Assembly (NCBI RefSeq): GCF_009914755.1
Contig: NC_060929.1
Source of the DNA: the human T2T-CHM13v2.0 reference genome, Homo sapiens
Length of the DNA stretch: 64,000 nucleotides
Direction: 5' to 3' (one strand)
The notes under the pieces are model-generated. The model worked only from the letters and a program-made list of their open reading frames with translations, did no database searches and had not been told where the DNA came from. The position numbers and the translations under genes were made by a program. Below, piece after piece: positions 1 to 13,849 of this stretch (its first letter is position 1; every line of letters begins with the position of its first letter).

Positions 1-23
1 CTATGTTGAATAGGAATAGTGAG
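1..23 (-). mobile_element. End of an inverted L1 ORF2 segment (5'-inversion junction)
   Basis: ctatgttgaataggaatagtgag is close to the reverse complement of L1 ORF2 ctcaccactcctattcaacatag. Confidence 0.7.
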
Positions 24-1208
24 TTACACCTTATACAAAAATTAATTCAGGATGGAGTAAAGACTTAAATGTTAGACCTAAAACCATAAAAACCCCAGAA
101 GAAAACCTTGGCAATACCATTCAGGACATAGGCATGGGTAAGGACTTCATGTCTAAAACACCAAAAGCAATGGCAACAAAAGCCAAAATTGACAAACAGG
201 ATCTAATTAAACTAAAGAGCTTCTGCACAGCAAAAGAAACCTACCATCAGATTGAACAGGCAGCCTACAGAATGGGAGAAAATTTTTGCAATCTACTCAT
301 CTGACAAAGGGCTAATATCCAGAATCTACAATGAACTCAAACAAGTTTACAAGAAAAAAACAAACAACCCCATCAAAAAGTGGGCGAAGGATATGAACAG
401 ACACTTCTCAAAAGAAGACATTTATGCAGCCAAAAGACACATGAAAAAATGCTCACCATCACTGGCCATCAGAGAAATGCAAATCAAAACCACAATGAGA
501 TACCATCTCACACCAGTTAGAATGGCAATCATTAAGAAGTCAGGAAACAACAGGTGCTGGAGAGGATGTGGAGAAATAGGAACACTTTTACACTGTTGGT
601 GGGACTGTAAACAAGTTCAACCATTGTGGAAGTCAGTGTGGTGATTCTTCAGGGATCTGGAACTAGAAGTACCATTTGACCCAGCCATCCCATTACTGAG
701 TATATACCAAAAATATTATAAATCATGCTGCTATAAAGACACATGCACATGTATGTTTATTGCGGTACTATTCACAATAGCAAAGACTTGGAACCAACCC
801 AATGTCCAACAGTGATAGACTGGATTAAGAAAATATGGCACATATACACCATGGAATACTATGCAGCCATAAAAAAGGATGAGTTCATGTCCTTTGTAGG
901 GACATGGATGAAGCTGGAAACCATCATTCTCAGCAGACTGTCGCAAGGACAAAAAACTAAACACCGCGTGTTCTCACCCATAGGTGGGTATTGAACAGTG
1001 AGAACACATGGACACAGGAAGGGGAACATTACACACCAAGGACTGTTGTGGGATGGGGGGAAGGGGGAGTGATAGCCTTAGGAGATATACCTAATGTTAA
1101 ATGACAAGTTAATGGGTGCCACACACCAACGTGGCACATGTATACATATGTAACAAACCTGCATGTTGTGCACATGTACCCTAAAACTTAAAGTATTAAA
1201 AAAAAAAA
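24..1208 (+). mobile_element. L1PA (about L1PA4-6) 3' end: ORF2 C-terminus, 3' UTR and poly(A)
   Basis: ORF2 peptides ([10 protein letters not shown]...HCWWDCK), canonical L1 3' UTR, and an A tail at about 1198-1208. Reading frame is disrupted. Confidence 0.95.
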
Positions 1209-2381
1209 GAATCAGCTAGAAACTGATGCCTTGACACCAATGAATCTCAATGCAATGAAATACAAGTTACAAAAGAATGCAAATAAAATTTATTTACATT
1301 AAAAAAAAAGATCTGTTTCTGGGGAGAGGATTTATTTGGAGGACTTCTTTGGAAAGGGCAGAAAGTAGTAAATATCTTGAACAGTTTATTTTCTGAGTCT
1401 ACAATGACAAGAAATATTTGTGTAATTTGCATCAAAAGTTTAAGATCTGCTTAAAATTTTCATTTCTTTATATCTTCATTTGCTTATATTGGCAATCTGT
1501 AAATGTTTTCTAAATGACTAGTAAAGGAACCATAAAATGTTTTTAACTCATAACATTATCAGTATCTCTCAGACTTCTTCCACATGAAGTCTAAATTTCT
1601 CTGCTTGATTTTCAAGTCATTCAGCACCTAGAACTGCACTACCTAAGGAGACCTATTTCTTCAACTTTCTCAAAACTTGCTGTCTGTAGACAAGCTTATC
1701 TCTATGTAACTTTGTTCTTTCCATGTATTCACTCAATATTGCAGTTCACAAGGCTCTATTTCAAGGACTGTTTTGCCAAATACTGAATTCCCAATGTTTA
1801 GCACAGTTCCTAGTAGCGTTCAGCTAATAATATTCATTGAATGAAAGGAAGGAAGGAATGAAGGGAAAAAAGGAAGGTGAGAGGAAGGAACTATCTGTTC
1901 TTATCTTTTTTATGCTTCCCCAGATATGTCCCATATTTTAAGGTTTGTCTTCTCCACAAAGCCTCCTCTGACTACCCTTGTCTTTGTTGATATCTCAAAC
2001 ATAGACCTCAAAATTTAACATTATTTACAAACTTTCTTGGTTTCTTGGTTTTACAGTTTTATGTGCACTGCTGTTTCAATTTGGTATAAGCTTCTTGAAG
2101 ATGAAAAGGATCATATATCTGTACTTTTTTGTGTTTTACTTTGACCTTTATTCACCATTTAGTATCCTACATGCCTCCTTGGCAACCTTTGTGTTAAGGA
2201 TTTGCAAATCTAACAGTACCTTGCATAAAGCTAAGCACATATTATGTGTTCAATAAAATTTTTTTGTTTAAAAAATGCGTGAAATAACATAAAACAGTAG
2301 TAATTCAGTTTGTATGTAGTGAAGATACAATTTTTTTTCTTATCTCTTTACTAACTTTCTTCAGTTTTTTTTTTTTTTCAG

Positions 2382-2565
2382 GGAAGGAAACTGAAAAGGC
2401 CAAGGAACGATACGACAAAGCCACAATGAAACTTCATATGTTGCACAATCAGTATGTATTGGCGTTGAAAGGGGCACAGCTCCATCAGAATCAGTATTAT
2501 GATATCACACTTCCCCTGCTTCTGGACTCCTTACAAAAGATGCAAGAAGAAATGATAAAAGCACT
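2382..2565 (+). CDS. FER: FER tyrosine kinase internal coding exon (184 bp, probably exon 6), F-BAR domain
   Basis: T14-cag acceptor ends at 2381 and gtaag donor starts at 2566. Translates (G)[60 protein letters not shown](L), which I recognise as human FER. Confidence 0.96.
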
Positions 2566-3567
2566 GTAAGATACATTTTCTTTTTATCATAAAATCCCTT
2601 CACAAAATGATTTCAACATATTTTCTCTCTAGTTTAGGTGTTGCTTCATAAGTTTTATTATTAACCCAGTCCAGGGGGTATTTCAGACCTTGATTCTTCT
2701 TGATTTTCACTTTTCATGTCCCTTCAGTTTGTGCTTATCCCCTAAACCTTCTAGCTAGCTTCCAAAATGGTCCTTCTTTTGTATGTTTTTGTTTTGTTTC
2801 CTTAGCTGGAAATTTAAATGAAAAAATTATAAGTTGAAAAGTGTTAGGAAGTGAATATCTGCCTCCAGAGAGTTGGGTATTTAAATCTTGAACAACTGAA
2901 GAGGCTCAAGGAAGAGATTTTTTGAAAGTTTATTTGTCAGCTTCTTGTTTTTTTTTCTGTATAAGATTAAAATCAACAAATGTTTATTGAAGTTTTACGT
3001 ATGCAAAGCACATTATCTGATGCTTAGGGATATAGAGATGAGCAGGGCACAATTCTTGCCTTCTTGATCTAACAGTATACTTTAATTAGTGAGTCAAATG
3101 GACACATGTTTATCACACACACTGATACAAAATGACAGAAAAAATAAGTCATCCTTTGGTAGACCCTATTTCCTTGCTTAGTTGTTTTAGTGCCTTCCAA
3201 ATGACTAAATTCAATTTTCTTTCACTGAAAATTGTGTCGGGGAATTCTTCAATGTTAGAGTTGCTGTGAACTATGAGTAGGGTTGAAGAATGGTGTAGTA
3301 ATGGAAGAGCATTAGAAAAGAAGTAAATGGTTATCTCTCAGGTGGAGTTAAAATTCAAAAAAAGTAGTGAAGTATGAGAAAAGGAACTTGGACCAGTTTA
3401 ATGCAGGTTCTTGCATTGTACTTAATTTATCTGTAATTACATAAATTAGCACATAAGCTCTTAGGTTTAGCATATTTTGAAATGTAGTGGTAAATTGATA
3501 TGAAAAATTATTATGAGCATTTTTCAGGTTATGGTGCAAGAGGAAGCCTGAATATTACATCAATTAA

Positions 3568-3715
3568 CCCATTTAAGCCAGAGGTTGCAAATTTTTTTGT
3601 GTGAACATTTTTTTTTGTGCATAAAATCAGACCTTAGCGATAACCTTGAGCAGTAGGATATGAATAACTCCCATAAGTTTAGTGTTCCAATAATGGAACA
3701 CTAGTCATAAATGGG
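3568..3715 (-). mobile_element. MER85 piggyBac (PGBD3-family) MITE, complete
   Basis: TTAA at 3564-3567 and 3716-3719, TIRs cccattta.../...taaatggg, and the internal palindrome gttccaataatggaac. Confidence 0.92.
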
Positions 3716-3991
3716 TTAATAAATGCCAAAGTAACTGTTAAAGGTAAAATGATAATTTCTAAAACAAAACATTTCATTTATAGACTACATTGCAGTTTGC
3801 AAAGCACTTTCATGTGCATTTGCTTACTTGTTCCTTACAGTATCCTGTAGAGTTAGGAAGTACAGGTTATATCCAGGGTATATCTATGACAGACAAGTGA
3901 GAATGGACCCAGATTCACAAAGCTAAGAGGTGGCACATCTGGAACTTGAAGCTTGAGTCTTCTGACTAACCCTGCACTCTCCGTGAGAGGA

Positions 3992-4228
3992 ATGTAGTGA
4001 TTTGAAGAATGTACCCTCAAAATTCTTGTGTACCCAGAATCTCAGAATGTGAACTTATTTGGAAATAGGGTCTTTGCAGATGTAATTAGTCAAGGATCTC
4101 AAGTTGAAATCATTCTGGATTTAGAGTAGGCCCTAAATCCAATGGCTGGAGTCTTTATAAGAAGACGGGAGGAAGGACAGAGAGAGACACAGAGAAGGCC
4201 TTGTGAAGACAGAGGCAGAGATTGACAT
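3992..4228 (+). mobile_element. MLT1 (MaLR LTR) 5' fragment
   Basis: cagaatgtgaacttatttggaaatagggtctttgcagatgtaattag signature. Confidence 0.8.
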
Positions 4229-5979
4229 CGTTTTCTTTGAAGGGCTCCCCCGTGCCATGACAGATTTAGTATAACTAGCTATCATTGTGTTATATTATTC
4301 TGTTTTACATACAAATATTTCAGATTAGGGATAATATTTCTTGGGCTATTGACTTCCACAGCCTCTGAAATTAGAAGCGCAAATTTGTCTTTGCTGCCTT
4401 CCAGACTCTGCTTGACTGACTTTTACTTCTCTTTATGTGAAAATAAAGATAATTTGATAGTATATACTTGTGTGTAGGTAAGACTAAATTTTAGGTGATC
4501 CTCCATATTCACATAAGAAGATAAAGTGTTTTTAGTTAATTTGAATATGTAAACTTTTTAGTGTTGATAAAATAGTGAAATGTCTAGTTAAATATTTGAT
4601 TCATAGATTTACTTATCTCTAAAGTACTATTGATTTAGAAATATTTCCTTTCCTACTTTCATTTATTAATAGACATATTTAAACTGTTCACATGATTTTC
4701 AATAATAGTATCTTCATCATCACTGGAATATTTTTTTGAGACATATAATGGTTTCTCATGGTATGTTATCTGTACTTTGTGTAATACATTATTTTAGATT
4801 TAGAATTTTAAAAATCCAAGCATGATTATATCACCACAGATGAATCTCATGGAACAAATACCCATTCATATAATATTAGGAGATGTTTTTCATTTTTCCT
4901 CCCCATTTGTATTAAAGGTAAATGTTAATGATCTCCACATTACACCTATTTACTGTATTGCTTTAAAAGAGTTATTTAGATAGGCTCATTTACATTAGCA
5001 ACATTCAGTACTTTTACTTATGAGATTATAATCCCAGAGATACTGACTAAATCTGTATTAAATTTTTCTGCCTCCCCTTTTCTTTAAATTGTGTCTGCCA
5101 GTTGATTTCTCTAATTATTTGAAACTAGCATTGCCTGAAACAATTTAAATCTCAGTTTTTTTACCCAAATGATATTTTCCTATTTAAAATAAAGTAATTG
5201 AGAGAATACTTCACAATAAGGGAGCTTTTGTACATATTAGTTTTTTATAAGTAATGATGGTGGAAAAGAAAAACCATGCTTTGTATTTATTTCAGCATAT
5301 GCAGGATAACCTTGTCTGTCTACACTTGCTGTTGACAGTGACCTATGGCATATTTTTACAGTATAGCATTTTTAAGTAGGAAGCTGGTCTCTGCGACAGA
5401 ATAGTTTTTTCCCTTTTGCATTTATTAGACCAGGCTAATAATTTTGATGACATTTTTGCTACTGATTGGAGGTCAAGAGAAGAAATTTAGATGTCATTCA
5501 AGGTATAGAACCAGTTCAACTAAGTATACAAAAAAGAGCAGAGGCCCAGAGGAGCAGGGAAGAACCAGTCAGGTAGAGCATGTGAGGAAGTAACAGACAC
5601 TGGAAAGGAACATTAAAGAGTCAGGAGTTGATCAGAGTTCCATGTTATTCAACCCAAAATTTATACGAGAATATTTAGACATAGAAAGTTATCAACTCTG
5701 GCCCTGCATTTTGGACATATCAAATACATTTTTGAAAAGGTAATGCCATATTCTATATCATTTGTAATTATTGTATTATAACAAATATAAATTGCTAATC
5801 TGTACATTTATATAATCCCTCTTCTTTACTCTCCAGGTATGAAATAAGGTGGTACAGGAAACAACCATCTGTACATTTCAATATTACATTTCTTATGCTT
5901 ATTGTTCTGAATCCTTTTTGAGATAGTATCTCTCTTGATAAAACTTTAAAATGCTGCAAAATTTTATTTTTGTTTTCAG

Positions 5980-6117
5980 CAAAGGTATATTTGATGAATA
6001 CAGCCAGATAACCAGTCTTGTCACAGAGGAAATAGTGAATGTCCATAAAGAGATTCAAATGTCGGTTGAACAGATAGATCCTAGTACAGAATACAATAAT
6101 TTCATAGATGTTCACAG
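5980..6117 (+). CDS. FER: FER coding exon (138 bp, probably exon 7)
   Basis: tttttgttttcag acceptor and gtatga donor. Encodes [45 protein letters not shown](R). Phase matches the previous exon (CT|C). Confidence 0.96.
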
Positions 6118-6706
6118 GTATGACATGTTTATTCCTCTTTAAGGATTTATGACAGTATTATTTTTCATTCATACAATAGTTAACCACAGATAAAAATAAG
6201 AAATACTTAAGATCTTATTAAGACATAGAATATTTCATATTAATTTATCTGCTTTTAATTTTAAAAGTTCTTTGTCAATGATGATAACTATATAATGTAT
6301 AGTTTTTGATATGTAAAAATTTGTTAGTTGTTAATCCATATTTAATCCATGCTTAAATCCATATTTAATCCATGAAATTTTTTTTTATGCTTATATAATA
6401 AAACCATGACTTTATATGTATATTACACTTTATGATGCGCCAAATACTTTTCCATGGCATCTTATTTTATACTTAATACAATTGTGACAGGAATAAAGCA
6501 GGTTAATGCCTGAATTCTACAGATAAGGAATCTAAGTCTCAAGTTACACAATTTTGAAACCCAGGATTTAGTTTGATTTATACTATTTGTGTTTTCTTTG
6601 TTAACATAATTTTGGATAAAAACAAATATTCTGCCTTTAGTGTATATGAAGATATATTATGATACTGTATTTACAATGATCAAAATTATTTGCCATGCTT
6701 TACTAG

Positions 6707-6826
6707 AACAACGGCTGCTAAAGAACAAGAAATAGAGTTTGATACTTCCTTACTGGAAGAAAATGAAAATCTTCAGGCAAATGAGATCATGTGGAATAAC
6801 TTAACAGCAGAAAGTTTGCAAGTAAT
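6707..6826 (+). CDS. FER: FER coding exon (120 bp, probably exon 8)
   Basis: ctttactag acceptor and gtaagt donor. Encodes [39 protein letters not shown](M). Phase 2-2. Confidence 0.96.
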
Positions 6827-7740
6827 GTAAGTATTCACAAAATATCAACAGTTTAAATACTAGTATTATTATTGCTTTATTGTTGTACTCAGATTTAAAA
6901 TATCAATTATTTTTACAAGTATTGAACAGTAAATTTTTGGGGTCAGAGTGACATGTTTTGAGAAATATGTTAATTTTACTCATTTTCGTCACTACTTTTG
7001 GTAATTCCGAATATCAAAGTTCTGTGTGATGTTACATTCATTTGCCCAATTGTTGCTAGTATTTGACATTGGAATAATGCTTTATGCTTTTCAAAATTTA
7101 TATATATATTAAAATCTCATTTCATCCTCACAATTTATTGGAAGAACCATTTTGGAAATTAGGTTGTTTACTGTTAGAGATAAGAGACTTATTGATGTCA
7201 GAGCACTTAGTACAAAAAATTGACTTTTAATTGAATTATTTTCTCTTGAAGCAGGGATGTCTTCTGTTATAGGCTGTTAAATCAGTTCCTTCTTCACTTT
7301 GTTGTTTTTGTTGTGTAAAATATTAAAGGAATTTTGAGAAATCACAATGTGTTTTTAGTTCTTTTCAAACATTAAAAGCAATTAGTAGTATATTTTTGAA
7401 TTTAGAAAACATAAGGTGCTCTACTTCTAAATATTTAACCTATCTCTTGATTTTGTGTGGGAGCAACACAAGGAAATATATTTATTAACAAACATTGCAT
7501 GTATTTTTTCTTTATGCCAGAACCACAGCTATAAATGATTATGCACTCATTGCTCCTCAATGTTAGACATGTTATATCATATCACCTGTTGGAAATTTAC
7601 CTCAAATGACTCAGCCAAATGTCCCCACCTAATATAATTAAACAATCTTCTTTCTATTGTTCAGTAACATGGTGGTGGTACGGGTAATTAGCTAAGGTAG
7701 GAAATGCAGACTGGCTCTTGGAAAGAGGTTTGGAATCTTT

Positions 7741-8058
7741 TTTTTTGTTTTTTTAATTTTATTTCATTTTAATTTTGAGATGAGGTCTCACTTTGTGGCC
7801 CAGGCTGGAGTGCAGTGGTGCGATCTCGGCTCACTGCAACCTCTGCCTCGCAGTTCAAATGATTCTCATGCCTCAGCCTCCTGAGTAGCTGGATTACAGG
7901 CATGTGCCACCATGCCTGGCTAATTTTTGTGTTTTTTTTGTAGAGATGGGGTTTTGCCCTGCTGGCCAGGCTGATCTCAAATTCCTGACTTCAAGTGATT
8001 CACCCACCTCGGCCTGCCAGAGTGCTGGGATTACAGGCGTGAGCCACTGTGCCCAGCC
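7741..8058 (-). mobile_element. AluS
   Basis: Full dimeric Alu in antisense, with TSD aggttt(t)ggaatcttt on both sides. Confidence 0.95.
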
Positions 8059-8334
8059 AGGTTTTGGAATCTTTAAAGCTGGCTAGATAGGATTGAAGAA
8101 ACTAACAAATATTTGTCCGCAAATCATGTGTACAAGATGAAGGCTTAGTAATTATGGCATACTGACTACTGGTGAGAGCAATGGAGGCATGAGAGTACAC
8201 TGCATTACAGAGTTTTTCCTAGCAGCCTTATTGGGATTTTTGAAGCTGTTCCTAAGTTTTTCATGCCCTATACAGGGGTCTCACTTGACTAGGTTTCTGA
8301 CCATTGATATTTACAATGTCAGCCATCTCTAAAC

Positions 8335-8498
8335 CAGTAGTCCTTGCCCTGGGTGATTTTATACTCCAGGGGACATTTGACAGTATCTGAAGACATTAGC
8401 CGTAGATGCTGCTAAACGTCCTACAGTGCACAGGACAGCCTCCCAAACAAAGAATTATCTGGTGAAAATATCAGTAGTGTTGAGGCTGAGAGACTCTG
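8335..8498. mobile_element. MER20 (hAT-Charlie) with internal deletion
   Basis: ccaggggacatttgaca...agatgctgctaaacgtcctacagtgcacaggacagcc...aagaattatctgg motifs. Confidence 0.75.
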
Positions 8499-10724
8499 CT
8501 TTAAACAATGGAGTTGAATGTATGGTGCAAAATGGATAGCAGAGTTTCTCAATTCCTGTGCAGTGAGACATTCCATTTCTCAATTCACGTGCTGCTGGTG
8601 AAGGAATATGACATAGATTACTCCTGTTTCTTTTTATTATAATATTGCTCCCAAATAACTTACTAATTTATTCATCTGATATATTTACTGTATATCTAAG
8701 GTTGTAAGGGTTAATGCCTTCAAGGACTTTACACTGAAATTGATTAATATGTTTTAATAAACACCAGAAAGAGTGAGTATATAGATTTTGGAATATAGTG
8801 TGGTAAAATTAAAAATAGCTACCTGTTATAAGCTTATGTAAAATCAGAGATTTTGTGACCAAAGAAGAATTTGTTTTATAGCTTTCTAGGGTATAATGAG
8901 ACCAAAATTAGGTATGCTCATAAATCATTGTTTCTTAATTATAGTGATGAAGCAGTAAACAAAAATGCAATAAATTGAAGGTAATAAATCTTTGATAATG
9001 TGGTAGAAGTTTTAATTGCTCACATTTTACTGAGATAAACTTTAGTTACATTTCATTTAACAGTGTCTGTATTCAGGATATGAGTTTAAGATTAGGGGTT
9101 TCTTCAAGAATTTTATTCCCAGAGAGTTATTCAGCATCTCTGTTGGCACTTTCAAATAAGTATAAGGTAATTCCATTAAAACTGTATGTATTTTTTTAAT
9201 GTAATATAAGACTTAGAAAAATCTTTCTTCCTTTTTTTTTTTAACTTAGTAGTGCTTTAAAGTTAAACATCTTTTCTTTCCTGAAGGCATTAATATTGTT
9301 AATTTAGTCGTAGATTCGTGTTGTAATATTATTCTAATAGAAGTGAAAGAAACAAATGAACAGTTAGTTCCTGGAAAAAGAAATACAAATTACCAATAGT
9401 ACTTGGAAAAGATATTCTTCTTTGGCAATTAAATATAAATTAAAAAGAAATAGGCTATTTAACTTACCAGATTAGAAAACATTAAATAATTGGATAATAC
9501 CCAGTGTTGTATAAAGTACAGATATATAAGCCCTCTTATAAAATGTTGCTACATATGTAAGTTGGTGTATAATTTGGCAAATTATATTTGTGAAACTGGA
9601 CAGATAACTTATCCCCTCTGTTATGGAAATCTAACACTATGACATGTACCTGATAAAGTTATCACCTTTACCTATCTGAATATGTACCACGAAGCATTTT
9701 ATCGTAATCTCATTATTTATCTATCAGCCATATTTATCAAGGTCTAAATACATAGGAGAGTTAAACTCAATTATTTGTAGGATTATCTCCTATTTATAGG
9801 AAAATTTTTTGGATGGTATCTTACCATGTGGTCAAAGGCTATTTCTCAGCTTCAGGTAACTTCTAGTACTGGACACCTGAAGCTGTGCACTTCCCATCAC
9901 ACATGCATTTATGCTACATTATTTTCGGGCTTAAATCTGAGGTTACTTTCTTTGTATCTATTATATATAATATAATTTCTCTCCTTCCCTACCAACACCT
10001 ATCTCCCATCTGCCTCTTTTTTTGCATCTACCTTCTTTGCCAAATGCTGAAAGCGTTTTTGTGCTTAATTTATTTTTAATCATCTATTTATTAAAATTAT
10101 ATATGCAAATATTTCATCTCATCTAGTTACTATTTAATTGAATAATTTGGGACTCAGTAATTTTAGTTTTTCAAATTAGTTGAAAAAGTAAAGTCCATAC
10201 AATTTTGAACATTAGAAGAATATATTTAAGTGTCTGTTTCGTGCTTTTTGTCATTATGGACAGATGAGTCATCTAATGGTGACCTATTGCAAACTTAAAT
10301 GGAGTTTTGAATCAACACATCAGTAGGCTAAGTATGACAAATTAAAGATAGCAGGTTATTCTAAAATAATATAAGCATTAACTTGTCTGCAAAAGAAGAA
10401 ATTTTGATTAATTTTAATAAAGCAGTAAAGAATTAAGGTCCTATTTAGTTATTTTGTTGACTCTGTTTTCTGATTTCAGATGAGGTCTCTTTATTATAAG
10501 GTGTTATTGCCTATCAGTAGTAGATATATTTGAATACCATGATTACGTAAAATGTGTAGTCTTGTATTCTAAAACAAAATCTAGTCTCAGGCCTTATGAT
10601 TTCAAGTACATTTTTTAAAGTTTAAAATCAGAACATATTTAGCTTTTAGAATATAAATAGGATATCTCAATTGAAGAATGGTAATTCTTTATGTGGAAAA
10701 GTGATTGTCTTGGATCTTGTAGGG

Positions 10725-11682
10725 CATGAGTCAGCAAACTATAGCCCATGAGGCAAATCCAGCTAGTTGCCCATTTTTATGCAGCCCACGAGGCTAAGAA
10801 TGCTGTTTGCATTTTAAATGGTTGGAAAAAAATCAAAGGAAGAATTATATTTTGTGACACACAAAAATTATGTGATGTTTAAATATCAGAGTACGTAAAT
10901 AAAGTTTTATTGGAACACAGCCATGCTCATTCACTTACCTGCTATCTGTGGGTGATTTCACACTACAGTGGCAGAGCCAAGCAGTTGTGACAGAGACCAT
11001 ATGTGGCACACTCATTACTTCACACATCTGCTTGGCACTATACAAATCACAGTGACACAGTTATAACTCAACAGCATTTTGAGTGCCACACATATCAGTA
11101 TACTGTGGCATCTTATTTTTATTATCAGTTCATGCCTATAGTGTCAAAAGAAGAAGAGAAAATAGATTTCAAATGTGGCACTTTTAAGGCATAGCAGAAT
11201 GTGGATTATTTTGTTATTGAATTAGATGAAGAAACATTGTGTTTATTATGCAATTGCACCATGCCTGCTAAGCACTGAATATACTTAATTAAAATCTTAT
11301 GGTCATGGATTGCTATTGGTATTTGGCAGTACTAGTCTATGTACTGTACAAATGTGAAAGACTTAAAATTTTATTAAATATCTGCATTAATAGGTGAACA
11401 TTTATAGTTGATTTTGATTATAAACACTAACTTTGAACTGCAGTGATAGGAAGTATTATGGCCATCAAAAAATTTTCATTCTTCTCATTAAGAGACTTGC
11501 ATTACGATAACATGTGCCCAGTTATTACTGTATTTTGAATTTGCCAACAAAATATTTGTGAATCTTTGTTTTCTCTTTTGTTATATAAATACCTATGTAC
11601 CATGCTTGATTTTGCTTCTTGGTGGCAAAGTCTAAAATATTTGCTTTCTGTGCTTTTATCAGAAAATGGTTGCTGACTCCTG
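10725..11682 (+). mobile_element. MER58/Cheshire-type hAT DNA transposon, internally deleted, with transposase remnant
   Basis: TIRs catgagtcagcaaac / ggttgctgactcctg and a MER58-like left end. About 11140-11260 resembles a degenerate Charlie-type transposase N-terminus (KIDFKC..F..DYFVIELD..LCLLC). Confidence 0.72.
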
Positions 11683-12517
11683 TTACAGAGGATGATACCA
11701 ATTTAACCCATCCAACTATCTGAATCAACCTTGTATTTAATGGGGTGTCAAATACTTCACTACTCCATCTCTTGCATAGAGCCTTGCTTTTACCAAATCT
11801 GTTTTTGGCTGTTCTTGTTTACAGTATTAGCTCAAGTTTGGTCTCTGGTTGAACATATACAGTATTATAATTTGCTCAGGCTGTGTTAGGGGAATACTTT
11901 AAGAGTGAGTTGGAAAGATTTGGAAAAATGTAAAATATTGAAGTCAGGTGACATGTCGGAAGGACCGTTTGATTAAGGGAAACAAAGTTGTATGGAAGAA
12001 AGCAGATGGATTTGTTGGATTGGAGGTGGATTAAGTGGGTATTAGGAGGTGACTGTATTTAACAGAAACTCGTAACTTTCACTTGGTTGTAGAAGCCATC
12101 TTCTGTTTACTCTTGAGAAAAGCTCATAAAGATTTGTGTCATGGTATAGATTGTCATCCATAAAAATCCTATGCTCTTGCAATTATATTTTAAGAAAGAG
12201 ATGGCAAGAAATAGTTTATGTTTTCAATTTATATTGCAACAATAGAGAAAAAGAGATGCCAGAAAAGTTACCTCAGGCAACTATAAATTCCATTTTTTTA
12301 ATTAACCCAAATGTCACACTTAAAGTTTCAGCATTGCAAATTTCATGTAAGAAATGAAAGTTAAGATGGTTTGTCAAGTCATAATTTTTTTTGGAAGTTG
12401 GAAGTTTGATCCCTTTAAGAGTGTTGTAAGATTTAGATCGTGACATCCAATGATTATGATATGAAAAGTGTTGGATAAGTATTGGAAACTTTTTATTATC
12501 CATAGTAAAGGTTTTAA

Positions 12518-12819
<302 letters not shown>

Positions 12820-13222
12820 TTCCTTTGTATCGTTTAATACAATTAAATCTTTAAAAATTATCTAACTAAAGCATGCAGATGATAAAATCTATAAAATCTT
12901 ACAAAAAGGTATACAATAAAAATTAACATTTTCCTTTCTTCTTTTTGTCGACCACCATCACTACCTTCTAGGTTTAACTCATGAAGAAAGTGTATGTATT
13001 TTTCCAGAATGTATATACAATGTATATACATGTGTGTGAATTGTTTTCTTCTGTGTAAGTAGGAATTATTTTATGCATATTCCTTAGCATCATCTTCTTT
13101 TTTTTAACATGTATTAAATCTTCTTAATGTGTACAGTGTTTTACTACTTGTATGTAATGTAATTTCTTTAGTTTTGTTATTTATTGATGGGCATTTAGGT
13201 TATTTCCAGTTTTTTCCATTGA

Positions 13223-13400
13223 TGGAGTTGGTGCTAGGTTTTGTGGGACTCTAAGCTTATAAAATTGGAGTGTGGGGAACATCTTTAAGAAAATCTATAC
13301 AAACTTACAAATACAAAATTAAGTACAGAGTCTTGGAAGGGGTCATGCAAGTGAGGCACCTGAGAACTAAGCATCATTAGCATCATGATACATTTACTTT
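13223..13400. mobile_element. MER53-like DNA transposon MITE
   Basis: aggttttgtggg..aagcttata..ctttaagaaaa..tacaaaatta..cttggaagggg..gcaagtgagg resembles the recalled MER53 consensus. Confidence 0.6.
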
Positions 13401-13509
13401 TGTTTATTGTGATTATACAATAAACATTCTTGTATTTACATCTTTGTACACTTTTGAAGCATATATATGGGATAAATTCTAGGATGTGTAATTACTAAGA
13501 CAGGATATT

Positions 13510-13720
13510 AGTTGTTAAGGGTGTGGATTCAGGATTTAAGCTGCTTGGGCTCTATTATCAGCTTTTCCCACTTACCGGCTCTGTGACGGTGGACAAGAGC
13601 TTTAACCTCTCTGCTTCAGTTCTTCATATGTAAATGGGGATTATAAGGGTGTTATAAGAATTATATAAATTTAAGTGCTTATTTATAAAGTGCTTAAAAC
13701 TATGCTTGGCACTCAAATGT
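13510..13720 (+). mobile_element. MIR
   Basis: ctgtgac..ggacaag..tttaacctctctgcttcagtttcttcatatgtaaatggggattata core. Confidence 0.8.
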
Positions 13721-13849
13721 TAAGTATTATGTCATTTTGTGAATTTTTTCCAGGTAGGGTCATTTTATGACTTTTAACTGCTTTGCCTTATAATATTATA
13801 ATATTTAATTTAAAAATATAAAGAATAAGCCATTTGAACTGTTACTATT

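Noticed and set aside
252-994. 130-aa and 83-aa ORFs
   Set aside because: Disrupted L1 ORF2 remnants.
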